DNA from: Azolla caroliniana
Lineage: Eukaryota > Plantae > Polypodiophyta
DNA length: 64,000 nt
Assembly (NCBI GenBank): GCA_043228905.1
Contig: JBHGNT010000017.1
Location: 8,122,001 to 8,186,000 of the forward strand
Direction of reading: 5' to 3'
Shown here: in pieces, positions 1-12,642 of the stretch
How the letters are laid out: each line of letters opens with the position of its first letter
How positions within the stretch are numbered: the first letter of the stretch is position 1
Notes under the pieces: generated by a model
The model's input: the letters and a program-made list of their open reading frames with translations, nothing else
Databases searched by the model: none
What the model was told of the DNA's origin: nothing
Position numbers and translations under genes: made by a program

Positions 1-186
1 TCGTCATCAACACTACTTTCCCTAGCCTTCATCGACACTTCCATCATTTCCATAGTCACATTCATTGCTTCTAGAGATGCTTCCTCAACATCATTGTCTT
101 CATTGCTTCGTCTTCAACATCATCATCTTCAGCACCTCTTGATGTCTTCATCAACGCTACTTTGCCTAGCCTTCATCGACGACAAG

Positions 187-564
187 TGTCCCAATTCCCG
201 ATGAGGACCGCACATGGTCACTCACGTCCACTGGTGTCCCAGTCTCCGGCGAGGACCGCACAGGGTCGCTCACGCTCGTTGGTGCCCCAGTTCCCAATGA
301 GGACAACACATGGTCGCTCACGCCCGTTGGTGTCCCAGTTCCCGGTGAGGACCATACCGGGTCGCTCACACCCGTTGGTGCCCTAGTTCTCGTTGGTGTT
401 CGTGTCTCCGGTGAGGACCACACATGGTCGCTCATGCCCATTGGTGTTCGTGTCTCCGGTGAGGACTGTATGTGGTCGCCCACGCCCGTTGGTGTTCGTG
501 TCTCCGGTGAGGACTGTGCATGGTCGCTCACGCCCATTGGTGCTTCAATTCTCGACGAGGACCA
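187..564. repeat. 48-bp tandem repeat (~8 degenerate copies), cut off by an LTR at 565
   Basis: Unit approximates TGTCCCAGTTCCCGGTGAGGACCGCACATGGTCGCTCACGCCCGTTGG. The ORF track shows 16-aa periodicity (VSQFPVRTTHGRSRPL). Confidence 0.85.
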
Positions 565-1249
565 TGTTAGGATTTCGGTCCCTCCAGATGGGATATGAGT
601 ACCCGGCAAGGCAGACCCGGTGAGAACCGGATGATGAGTACCCGGCAAGGAAGACCTGGTAAGAACCGGATGACGCAGGCCCGGTGAGAACCGGATGATG
701 AGTACCCGGCAAGGAAGACCTGGTAAGAACTGGATGACGCAAGCCCGGTGAGAACCTCTCACCGGATGAAGGGACATAGATGTAAATATGTTTTTGCTAG
801 CCCATTGTGGCTATATTTGTAAATATCCACAAAAGTCATATTAGTATAAATATGACCTAGGGCAAACACGATTGTGTAGTTGGTCATTTTTTTGTGTAAT
901 TGTTGTACAGAGCGTAACAGAGAGAGAGAGAGAGCGACCTGAACAGTCTCTGATGTAACCGCCTGTTGGCGAAGATTGAGAGCACGAGGTCGTTGCCTCT
1001 GTGCTCTTCCTGTTGTATTCTTCTAGACATACTGATAGTTTGGAGCTAGTGGGCTCCCGTGGTTTTTTTCCCGTTTAGGGTTTTCCACGTAAACATCCTG
1101 TGTATTCTCTCGTGCTTTATCGTTTGTGTGTATACGTACATTTCTTCCTATTCCCATCTTTCTGTGATTGATTCTAAGACTCGGTTGTCGCCGAGCAATA
1201 TTCCGCATATTTCCTGTCAATCTGGTATCAGAGCGAAACAACATAGAAA

Positions 1250-3086
1250 ATGGAAGATTCATTTGGCGGCATGTTCAAGATCACCGGCTCCAACTACTCA
1301 GTGTGGAAGTCGAAGATGAAGGACATGCTCATGGTTAAAGATCTTTGTTTGCCAGTTCAGTTCGGGAACAAAAGACCAAACAAAATCGATGCCACGATAT
1401 GGGAGGTGATGCAAATGAAGACAACGGCATACATCCGGTGTTTCATTGACATGAGCCTGTACAACAACTTCAATGAGGAGAGTAAGGCTCATGAGCTTTG
1501 GGAGAAGATCGGCATTATGTTCCAGAACAAAAATGTTGTTAATCGGGTTTCGGTATTCCGAAAGCTAGTGAGGCTCCGGTACCAAGATGGCTCCAGCATA
1601 GCGGAGCACATGAATGTCTTCCAGGGGCTGATTCACCAGGCAACATCATTGGAAGTACCTCTCGCCGATGAGGTACTAGCATTGCTCCTGCTCGGTTCCC
1701 TCCCAGATAGCTGGGAGACGTTAGTTATCACTTTGGGCAACGTTGGGCCGAAAGGAAAACAGTTATCCCTAGCAAGAGTCAAGTCGAGCTTGCTAGATGA
1801 GGAGGCGCATCAGAAAGACAAGGATACGAGCTCCGACTCCAAAGCGCTCCTTACCGAATCGGAACGCAGAAGACAAAGGTACCGGAGTCCACAGAACCGG
1901 GACAAGTCGGGGACACAATCAAAGTCAAGGGGGAGGCCTACTTGCTTCTATTGCGGCGAGCCGGGACACTTCCAGAAGAACTGTCGGCATTTCCGGAAAG
2001 AAAAGCAAACCGACAGTACCAATTCAAAGCGGTCACCGAACCAGACCGGCAAAGATCGGAGAGGGCTGGACCGGAAGGGAACGACGGCAATCGCAATAAG
2101 TGAAGAGGAGTTGATGCTCATCACTGAGGAGAGTGAGTTGAACCTTGCCGGCGACAAGACAAACGATTCCAGAGCGTCGCTCCACCTGACCCCAGACCGG
2201 AAATGCTTCTCATCCTACACAGTCGGCGAGCACAGTTGTGTCTGGATGGGGAATGAGGGAACATGCCAAATTTTCGGCATAGGAGACGTGGGGTTGACAA
2301 CACCAACCGGATGCAAGTTGTTGCTGAAGGATGTCCGACACATTCCAGAGGTTCGACTGAACCTAATATCAACCGATCGGCTAGATGATGAAGGCTACAT
2401 AGGTAGCATCCGGAACGGTGTCATGAAGTTTTGCAAAGGGAGCTTGATAGTGGCTCGAGCCCGGAAAGTCAACACCCTATACCTGATGAATGCCCGGTTA
2501 TGCCCAGAAGAAGTGAACGTGGCATCCGACACTACTGGTGAGTTGTGGCACATGAGCGAGAAGGGGATGAAGAGGCTTGCCGATGACAACCTCATTCCGA
2601 TGAAGAACGTGCATCTTGAGAGGTGCACTGACTGCCTGCCTAGTAAGCAAAACCGGACCTCCTTCCGATCAAGGCCACCGATGAGACATAATGCACCACT
2701 GGAGTTGGTGCATACCGATGTGTGTCAAGTGGACATGAAGTCACATGCTGAATTGCAGTACTTCGTGAAGTTCATAGACGACCACAACCGGAAGTTGTGG
2801 GCCACACCGTTGAAAACGAAGGATCAGGTGTTACCCGTCTTCAAGGAGCTCCACGCGAGAGTGGAAAGAGAAACCGGTCGGAAGCTGAAGGCGGTTCGCG
2901 TAGATAACGGAGGAGAATACCGGGGGCAGTTCGAGGAGTACTACCGCTCGAATTTACCATGTCGAAGACGCCGGAACTAAACGGGTTGGCCGAGAAGATG
3001 AACCGGACCATAATGGAGAGGGTTCGGAGTATGCTAGCACATGCAAAGCTACCCAAGACGTTTTGGGCTGAGGCGTTGTCGACGGC
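1250..3086 (+). pseudogene. copia gag-pol (gag, CCHC knuckle, eroded protease, GAG-pre-integrase, integrase), frameshifted near 2950
   Basis: Motifs LLLGSLPDSWETLV, CFYCGEPGHFQKNC, LELVHTDVC, VRVDNGGEY and PELNGLAEKMNRTIMERVRSML. Confidence 0.9.
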
Positions 3087-3752
3087 TGACAGGGAAATAC
3101 GCGGAATAATCTCCGGTCACAACCGAAGCGTAGATCACTTGATAACAATCAAACACAGAAGAAATGGGAATAGAGGTAAGTACCCGAACAAAAAAGAGAA
3201 TACACAGGATGTTAACGTGGAAAACCCTTAGAGGGAAAAACCACGGGAGTCCACAGACTCCAAACTATCACTATGCCAACAATTACAATAGGGAGCACAG
3301 AGGCAACGACCTCCTACTCACGATCTTCGCCTGGCGGCGGTTACAACAGAGACATGCTCTGTATCGCTCTCTCTGTCTCTCTCTCTGTACAGTCGTTACA
3401 CAAAAAATTACACACACGCACACACTGAGTTTGCCCTAGGTCATATTTATACTAATATGACTTTCGGCTATTTACAAAACATAGCCCCAGTGGGCTCTCT
3501 GCAACATATTTACATATATGTCTCTTCATCCGGTGAGAGGTTCTCACCGGGCCTGCAACATCCGGTTCTCACCGGGTCTTCCTTGCCAGGTACTCCACAT
3601 CCGATTCTCACCGGGTCTTCCGTTGTCGGGTACTCCACTTCCGGTTCTCACCAGGTCTTCCATTGCCGGGTACTCCACATCCAGATTCGGCCTCGGCCGC
3701 TCATCAACATTGTTCTTCTCACTTCCCATCTGGAGGGACCTGTTTCCTAACA
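3087..3752 (-). mobile_element. Solo LTR of the same Tork-like family, inserted antisense into the integrase
   Basis: Ends TGACAGGG... and ...TCCTAACA are the reverse complement of LTR 565-1219. The flanks rejoin as ...EALSTA|TYVINRS. Degenerate 5-bp TSD ACGGC/ACACC. Confidence 0.85.
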
Positions 3753-3934
3753 ACACCGACGTATGTGATAAACAGATCACCCTCAGTGCCCTTGGACGGA
3801 GACACGCCGCAGAGAGTGTGGACCGGTAAGGAAGTGTATGAAATATCACAACATCTAGAGTTCCTAGCCTCATCACATCTAGCTCCAAGTTCATCCTTCG
3901 CTCGTACCCCATCATCTGTGCTCCATCCTAGTCC

Positions 3935-4209
3935 GTGCTTGGTGTGTCCGTGACAGTCATTATCATGTACATAGATGATCTATTCATCGGAGGAAACAAT
4001 CTAGCCAACATTAGTAATGTCAAATCACTCATATTCGGCAGATTCGAAATGAAAGATATGCACGAGCTCCATTACTTTCTAGGGATAGAAGTAATTCGGA
4101 CTCCAGATGGTATCATGATCTCTCAATGGCACTACATCCTCAACTTTCTCTACAAGTTCGGGATGACTGAGTGCAAACCTGTGGCAAACTCTCTCGATCA
4201 AAACCTCAA
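3935..4209 (+). pseudogene. copia reverse transcriptase fragment
   Basis: YIDDLFIGG...FEMKDMHELHYFLGIEV...GMTECKPV. Confidence 0.85.
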
Positions 4210-4696
4210 TGTTATGTACACATAACATATGTGAGGGTAGGTCACTAATGTTTACATTAGTGAAGGGTATGTTCACTAATGTTAAAAAGGGGCTAATGTG
4301 ATTGGATAGAAGGAATGATAGGTGCATGCACTATCATGATTTGGGCAACCAATGAACGAAGACCCATTTAGAAAGGCACATCTATTCAAGCGGCCTAGAA
4401 AAAGGTATAAATATGAGGCTTAGCTACCCTCATAAGGACATTACGTTGGAAGGTTGTTGTCTTAGACACCGGTGGTGTGGGCTAGGCTTTCGTTTCGACG
4501 ATCGTGTTTATCTCTTCCAAGGTATTAGTCATCCTAATATCCGGCGGTATGGGACGTCGGTGGTAGGTTGGCTATGTCTAGATCATAACTCAGGGGTGGT
4601 CGGGTGGAATGGTTTCTTCTATCCATTCTATTTTCCTTCTTTTACTTTAGTTTGGTCTATTGATTAGTAATAGACTCTTAACAATGGTATCAGAGC
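4210..4696 (+). mobile_element. LTR (4210-4683) plus tRNA-iMet PBS of a truncated element
   Basis: TGTTA...TAACA termini, an internal TATAAATA, and PBS TGGTATCAGAGC at 4685-4696. Confidence 0.7.
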
Positions 4697-4952
4697 ATTT
4701 ACTAACATTTTTGTGTGTGGTTGTTTTGATGTTTTTTGCATCTAAACGATGGGGATCTAACAAGGCTCGTCATGCTCTTCACAGGATCAAAACAACACTC
4801 TTAACCCAGTATTCTTCTTTCTCGATCTCTCTCTCCTTTTCTATGATGCGTTCTTCTTGGTCAAATCAAATTTGTATTACGTTTTATTTTTCTTTCTTTC
4901 TACTTTCTACCATGCTACGAGTTTAATTATTATTGTGCATCGGGCCGAGCGT

Positions 4953-6055
4953 TGTTGTGGGGAAAACCGGCTACAAGAAGAAACGGAGACCAAAGTCGTG
5001 TGAACCGCCGCGTGCACGGATGCACACAAATCGTAAATAATCTAAGACTAGGCTAGGCAGGCGTAATGAACAAGGCATTGTTAGGACAGATTTAATATAG
5101 GATTAAATCGAACAGATCTTATTCCGAAGCAGCAAAGAATAAAAGCATGATGTAATAACCCCTTCCCCTCGGAGGGCCTATAAAAGGAGGGAGAGGACTG
5201 AGTTGGGGATCGAGGTTTCAGGGAAAACGAAGTATTGTTGAATTGGGAACCGAGCACCCGTTCTATTTTGCTCTCTTAGGTCGGATGCCTCTGCTCATGT
5301 AGGAAGCCCATGTGCTCCCGAAAGAGGCTCCACGTTGTATTTCGGTGATTAGAGTGTGTGTTGTTTGCTGTGATCGTGGCTCAGCTCCCGGCTGAGCCGG
5401 TTGTAGTTTCTTTGCCTTCTAACCGATTGTCAATATCTGTTTGTTGTTCATTTAGCGTGTTGCTCTGATCCCGGCCGAGCCGGTAGTGTCATGTGCCTCT
5501 CGATACTCGATGCCTTACGCACCTTCTGTCTATCTTGTTCTCCTTCTCCTTCTTAGCTCTTCCGTCCAAGGCCCCCGCGGTCCTGCATAGCATCACACAA
5601 GTACCCGCGGAATACCGCGATATTATTTGGTGAAACCAATGTGAACAAGGCGGTAGAGGAGTTTGAAGAATGAGGGGAAGTGAGCTTGCGGAAGCTATGG
5701 CGGTAGCCGTTGACCGGCTAGTGAGCGCCCGTGAGGGCACGGGTACCCTTGACAGGGCCATTGAATCGATTGTCGGCACGATCGACCGATTTGGTGGGAA
5801 GAATGTGACGAGTTATATAGAGGCCTACCGGACGGAGATGATAATGAGGGACATCCCGGAGGACATGCAGTTGTCCGGATTCCCTCCGGTGGTGACATTG
5901 AGTATCCACGTGGAGGTGCTCGAGGTGCAGGCCGGTTACTAGACTTGGGGGGAGTTTGAAGGACGGCTTCTCGAGAGGTACGGGTTTGATGACTCACACC
6001 GGCTGTCGAAGCGGGAGTTTATGGAGAGGGTCAAAAGCCCCGGAAAGGGGCTTCC
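4953..6055 (+). mobile_element. 5' fragment of a tRNA-Trp-primed Ty3/gypsy-type element (LTR 4953-5622, PBS 5628-5645, gag start 5670)
   Basis: Degenerate termini TGTTGTGG/CCGCGATA. PBS TGGTGAAACCAATGTGAA. Gag RFGGKNVTSYIEAY...TWGEFEGRLLERY is homologous to the gags at 57869 and 59869. Confidence 0.7.
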
Positions 6056-6059
6056 AACG

Positions 6060-7180
6060 AGCTTCTTCATTCAGTAAGTTCGACTTCACCTACTCTAGGG
6101 ATAAGTGTTTCCCTTGCGGTCCCGCATTGCCTAATGTGACAACAAGTGTTTCCCAACTGTCTGGAAGGGATCCCAGCAACAATAGTGCCAATACCTCGTC
6201 GGCAAGAGGTACTTCTAGAGAGGTGGTTTGGTTCATTAGTCCTTGGAAGGCATTAATGTGCTCCGCCATGCTAGAACCAACTTGATACCGGAGTCTCATG
6301 ATTTTCCTGAAAACATAGACTCTGTTCATGACGTTCTTGTTCTCGAACATTACGCCAATCTTCTTCCAGAGGACGTCGGCACTCGTCTCTTCATCAAAGT
6401 TGTTGTATAGACTAATGTCTATAAAACACCTTATATATGTTGCCGCCTTCAAGTGCATGACTTCCCAAGTTGATGCATCGATCTTGTCTGGTCTTTTATC
6501 TTTGAACTGCACCAATAGCCAGAGGTCTTTGCACATGAGCATGTCTCTCATCTTCAACTTCCACACTGAGTAGTTGGAGCCGGTTAACTTGAACATGCCG
6601 CCAAACGAGTCTTCCATCTCTCTGATACCACTTTGTTAGGAATCGACCAGCCACAATACACGTTCGTATTCGGGTGTAGAAAACAAGAGAGCTAGTGCAC
6701 AAACAAAAAAATGTGAAGACAAGAAAAACAAGTACAGAGAGACACCGGATGTTTAACGTGGAAACCCGAACTGGCAAAACCACGTGGAGTCCACAAACTC
6801 CAAACACATCACTATGGTAGGGAAGAAATACATTGAGGAACTCAGAGGCAATGACCTCGAGTTCTCCTTCGTTTGACAAACGGCCACAGAGTTGCACTCT
6901 CACACTCTCACTCTTCCTCACACAGTCACTGAGGTAACTACCTCCACTAACTTTGTGACAACTAATGATCAACACCCATCTATAAAGTTTGCCCTAGTTG
7001 TTTTTATACCAAAACAACTTTCAGGTTATTTACAAGTATGGCCCACAAGGGGCATTTTAGACTATTTACAATTATAGTCTTTTGAATCAATTTCGGTTCC
7101 CAATTTTGATCTCGGCCTCAACTGAGTTACTCACCAACTCTATTCTTCTCTTCCCATCCGGAGGGACCTGTTTCCCAACA
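6060..7180 (-). mobile_element. 5' fragment of a Tork-like copia (LTR 7180-6634, PBS 6630-6620, gag 6617-6090)
   Basis: Gag MEDSFGGMFKLTGSNYSVW is closely similar to the 1250 ORF. The minus-strand PBS TGGTATCAGAG directly precedes the ATG. Confidence 0.85.
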
Positions 7181-8444
7181 GAAAGTACCATATGTCTCAA
7201 TCGTTTGTAGTCTAATGTATGTTATGGTCTACATGATACCAAACATAGCTTTTGTTGTGGGAATAGTAAACCGTTCCATGAGTAATCTAGGAAGACAACA
7301 CTGGGCAGCAATGAAGTGGACACTCAAATACTTGAAAGGCACCTCGAGAGTATGCCTTAGGTATGGTGTCGGGAAACCTATGCTCGAAGGGTTTACTGAC
7401 TCAGGCATGTCAGGGGATGTAGACTCAAGCCGATCCACGTCAAGATACGTGATGACCTATGCAAGGGGAGCAATGTCGTGGTAGTCACGACTACAGAAGT
7501 CTGTGGCCTTGTCGACCACAGAGGTAGAGTACATGGCAGCAGTAGAGGCCGGCAAGGAGCTTATTTGGATGAGAAACTTTCTGAGCGAGTTGGGGATGAA
7601 GCAAAGGGATTTCTTGCTTCATTGTGATGGCCAGAGTGCCATACATCTAGCCAAGAATGTTGCATACCACTCCCAGACCAAGCACATACAGAGAAGGGAT
7701 CACTGGTTGCAGGAGAAAGTCGAGGAAGGAGAGCTTACCCTCGTGAAGATCCATATTGACGACAATAGATCTGACATGTTGACAAAAAACCTATTGATGG
7801 GCCGACTCAGAGTATGTCGATAGAGGACAGGAATAACGGACTCCTCCCCATAGGAGTGAAGGGGGAGTTTGTTAGGAATATGTCCCTCTAGTGGGAGGAG
7901 CCGACGGTTGAGGAGTTGACTCAGAGAGAGTTGATCGAGGTCGAAGACACGATTGGCTAGTCGAGCCGACCGGATGGTCAATGACCAACCCGACTAGTCG
8001 AACCGACCCGACAGTCGACGGATGAGTCGGTTGATTAGTAAGACTAGTATTAATATTAGATAATAATAGGAATGACAGTAGCAGTGGCTGCATTTGTAAA
8101 TAGCCCATACAAGGTATAAGTATAAATACACTTTGGGCAAACAGTTGGAGATGTAGGAAATAGTGAAGAGCGTGAACGTGAGGAGGGAGAGAGCGAGCGG
8201 CACCATAGTTGTGTTAGTACCAGCATACGCCAAGAGCCCTAAGAGGTTGTTTACACTGTGGGTAGAGAGTGTTGTACTCTAATCTTGTCATTGTATATCC
8301 ACTGTATAGTGAAGCTCCATTCACCATAGTTTTCTCCCGTTTTAGGGTTTCTATGTTAAATCTGTGTACATTGTTTTTTGTGTTCTTGAGTTGTGTATTT
8401 CAGCGTATTCCTTTTCTTGTGGATCGACGATTCGTTTCTCAACA
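7181..8444 (+). mobile_element. 3' fragment of a Tork-like copia: RT end, RNase H, PPT and 3' LTR (7870-~8444)
   Basis: GFTDSGMSGDVDSSRSTS, ALSTTEVEYMAA and HCDGQSAIHLAKN. PPT GAAGGGGGAG at 7858-7867, then TGTTAGG...CTCAACA. Confidence 0.8.
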
Positions 8445-9959
8445 CTTTGACCTTGCCATTTTTGCTTCATCTTATTCCCCTTGAATTGATTTGTACCGCA
8501 GTGCAGCTAGGATATTAGCTCGAACCATATATTTAGCATCACCTCACAACCTGGGAGTTTTTCCTGCTGAAAAACAAACTTGCAGTGCTTGATCCAAATG
8601 TGCTAGATCGATAAGGACACCACCATAAACCATAGCTCCTCAAAAAATTTAGAGGTTGTGCCAGCCTCGCCCCGGTACGTTGGAACACGCTTGCACCCTG
8701 CACTATGAATCCATGTCCATGTGGATTTAACTGTTCCAACCAACCTTCCCCATTTTAACGTCAAACCTTGTATGGAACCCCATACAACTTTCCCATTCAC
8801 ACCGCAAATAAAGACCCTCTAGAGAGCAAATAAAGGCCCTTTTCTATAGTTTATAAGGGTGTAAAATATCTCTCAATTTAATGCTTTGTTTAGTTATATT
8901 TGCTTTTCTACTTTAATTATCTATGTTTGCTATTTTTGTTATTGAAAATAAAAAATTTATTTTTACCTCTCAATATATGGTGTAAATCTTATCCATTTGA
9001 ATTTGACTACTAGGCCTTTATTATTCAAATGAATAGATTAAAATTATGGAAATAATTTGTTCAAAAAATACATAAAACGCAAATTATGTAGACTTAGGTC
9101 ATACCTAGATTGATATGTCACAACAATAATGGCTACTTCCAGCCAACGAAAACTTCAAATATCGTGGACTTAATGTTTCCTCCAATCATAGATGGAATGA
9201 ATGTGTTACCCCCCACATAAAAGTGAGAGTGAGGATTTACTATCCATTTGGGGACATATGCAATGGTAAAGAAATTAAATGTTCGGTTCATAGTAAATAC
9301 CTCTTTAACACATTGGTAACATTGATGCTTCTCTGTGGGGTTAAGTATGGAGCAATACATCCCTAAATCTACTGGAAAGAGCTTGAAAATGTCCAAAAGC
9401 ACTTTATTATGAAGTTTATTCAATTCAAGATACAAAATCTATGTACATGTTTCTGCTGCTTAAGATTGGATATGCATCAATGTCTATTCCTATGTGAATG
9501 AGGGTTTTTTGCAACACCAATGTATCACAAATGGGGAACGATGTGGAAACTCACATTTCACACATTATATTATATAAGTCACGCAAAACCACAAAACCAT
9601 CTTCTTCTCAAAATGGGTAAATCGCAATCATGAATGTATGCTAGTCCATCCCTTTGCCTATTATCCACACCCTCGTGTCAATATGACTTAGCTCACATGA
9701 TCTTTAATGTGATATGGGGCATTGCGGCACAAGTTGGGATAATTGTTAAATATGCATAATTTTTTGTAGACAAGTATGGGAATCAAAGCATTGCCCTTTG
9801 ATACAATGCATTACATTTTACCGCATTCTAGGTTACTTTCCGTATATTCTCAATATATTCCACTCCCTACATACACTCCTCTCACGATGACAACGTGCAC
9901 TCTCTATTGCAATATTTATCAAGAAAATCCTTCAACAGTGAAAATGACCCGAGAATGTG

Positions 9960-11250
9960 TGTAGAATGGCCTAACTAGTTAGACCACATTGTGATTTGGC
10001 CAGAGCACTCCGAACGAGAAAATGTTTCGACCATGACAACATGTGGATCTTTGGATGTGAAGTGTTTGCATTTGTGCTCAAGGATGAAGAAACAAAATTG
10101 GAGACTTGCACATGCAAGTGCATCTTTCTCGGCTACAATTATGATTGAAACAAGGGCTATAGACTATGGGATCCCAGACAAGACAATTTGTTCTATGTTC
10201 GGATAGTTGCCTTCAATGAGTTGACAATGCACAAAGTAGTTGAATGCTCGATCGAAATCCGACAATTAACTTTTGATGATCCGACCATTTCTCTCGACAA
10301 ACTCTATTAGATACCCAACAAGCAACCTATCCAACACATCAAATCATATCGATAGTAATCAACAACCCTTCCACTATAGAAGAGATAATCAATGATGTTC
10401 CAATCAGTGTGGTCATACCCCACCAATCAAGTGAGATTCTCATCCACCCAAAAGGTATTCATCTGACATTTTCTACACAAATGTCCATGAACCTTCAATA
10501 TAAAAAGAAGTGACAATAACAACCAACTATAGAATTGGCAAGTAGTCATGGAGTCAAAGGTTAACTCCATTTGAGAAAATAACACCTGGGCCTTAGCTCC
10601 ACTACTAAGGAATCAATGATCACTCCTATGTAGATGGGTGTTCCGAATCAAGAAGACATCTAATTCTACCAATCCCAAGTAAAAGGATAGATTAGTTAAA
10701 AAGGGTTGAATTGCACAACAATATGGTATCACTTGATGATATTTTTCTAAGAATGGTGAAAATGAAAACCCTTTGGATTCTTACTCAAGGTAATTGTTTT
10801 TGAGGACTTAGAGCTTCTTCACCTAGATGTCAAAACAACTTTCCTCCATGGTGATTTGGATGAGGAATCTATATGGAGAAACTAGAAAGTTTCATGTCAC
10901 CTACCCAAGAACATCTTGTTTGCATACTCAATAAGAGTCTATATGACCTAAAGCAAGCGGCCCCAACAATGGTAATTTGGCAATTTCATGCAATCGGTCA
11001 AGTTTTGTTGGAGTGATGAGAATCGTTTCATATACTCTAAACACACATCCAACTGTTCAACAATCTATCTCATCCTCTATGTGAATGGTATGGTGTTCAC
11101 CAATCAAAATGTTGGTGAGCTTGATGAACTCCTATGACAATTACAATTGAATTTCACCATGAATGGCATAGGTTCCACCCGATGTATTCTTTAGATGAAG
11201 ATCACATGACAAAGAACTACTCAACAATTTTGTATATGTCTCATTCTTAT
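9960..11250 (+). mobile_element. Highly degenerate copia integrase-RT remnant
   Basis: Broken motifs KCIFLGY, GYRLWDP, DVKTTFLHGDLDEE and KSLYDLKQA. Confidence 0.65.
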
Positions 11251-12642
11251 TTATGCACAACCCCAATGAATGCAATGAAGCATATGTTTAGAATTTTTCC
11301 TTCAAAGATTTTCTTCAATAGTATTAACGAAAAACACCCGAAGGCTACAACTTGAGCTTGTCTACCTAGAAGCTTACAATTTTATTTATTTATTTATTTC
11401 CAATACAAAATATAATTCTTATACCAAGCATCATATGCATGTGAATCATCACCATTACTCCCAACATGTAAGGAATAATTAAAATCTAGCTCCCAAAGTG
11501 AGAGTTTCCCTTCCATATCTCTCAAGAAAAACAATATTATGAGCAGTAGATCCACCATATTGTGATGCCAATGCATCTCCCATATTTTGATACATATCCA
11601 TTAGAGCATCTGCTATATTGTTGTGTGAATCAATCCTTGGGAATATCTGACAGGCCCAAGGAGAATAATTTAGGACCTAAGGCAGCCAAGCCACAAGCAT
11701 ATTGAGCAACACTTTTTCAATCAAAGCTGTCAATACAACTTTTTCTTTCTTTTTGCAAACATTTGGAATTCCCAATGAAGGAAATGCAATCACTCTCCCT
11801 CCCCAAAAATTTGGTTTAGATAACCAACCCCCACACCATCATCACTCATCCTTATCAAAGAACAGGAAATCAGCTTCCTCAAGTCCACATCAATCATCTC
11901 AATGTCACCGATTATCACCAAAATCTTGTACATCAATAGTCTCACCAGCTTACCAATTACGACCAAAATCATGTATTGACAACAACAAATGAGTCTAAAA
12001 AAACTTTTCCTCACTTCCTCATGATAATATGCTTCAAACCCCACACCATCATCACTCATCCTGATCAAAAAACAAGAAATCAGCTTCCTAAAGTCCACAT
12101 CAACCATCTCGTTGTCGCTGATTATTGTCATGACGACATACATTTTGGCCTTACAAGGATTCGAGCTCAAGACGTCTTGGTCTATATATGTTAGACCTTT
12201 AACCATTATACTAACATATATGATGTATAGTTATTATTAGTTATTACAAGACATTTAGAGTATTCTAGAACATTCTAGGATATTCCATGATTATATTAAA
12301 TATCATAAATATCTAAAATATTCTAGAACATTCCAGAATACTCCATAAGGACCTATAAATAGGTGTCTATTCATTCATCACAACTCATTCGGTTCAACAC
12401 CAATTTGTAGCCCCTTAGCCTACTCTTTGTAATCCTTGCTCTCTTATAATATAAACTCTCTTTCCATTTCTAGTGTTCTTTATCTCTCTCTCTCCCTCTA
12501 CCTTCTACTGTCATCTTATTTTTCTCTCTCCTATTCTCAAGTCACGACAGTTTGAACCGAATCTATCTCTTTTCTTCTTCTCCAACTTCTTCTTCTTATC
12601 TTAACCTTATTCAACCAAATCTAGCAATTTTCTATCACAACT

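Larger units (their letters stand above)
565..3837 (+). mobile_element. 3'-truncated Ty1/copia LTR retrotransposon (Tnt1/Tork-like)
   Basis: LTR 565-1219 (TGTTAG...CTGTCA) and PBS TGGTATCAGAGC (tRNA-iMet) at 1223-1234, followed by gag-PR-INT. Integrase resumes after the solo LTR (TYVINRSPSVPLDGDTPQRVWTGKEV) and then breaks off. Confidence 0.9.

Noticed and set aside
187-564. CRISPR-like array
   Set aside because: Units are contiguous with no unique spacers, the context is eukaryotic and there are no cas genes.
7870-8444. 3' LTR partner of the element starting at 565
   Set aside because: LTR sequences differ substantially and the flanks (GACCA versus CTTTG) do not form a TSD.
11385-11790. 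Possible LINE 3' end on the minus strand with a (TAAA)n tail
   Set aside because: Trp-rich fragments are suggestive, but no diagnostic motif was identified.
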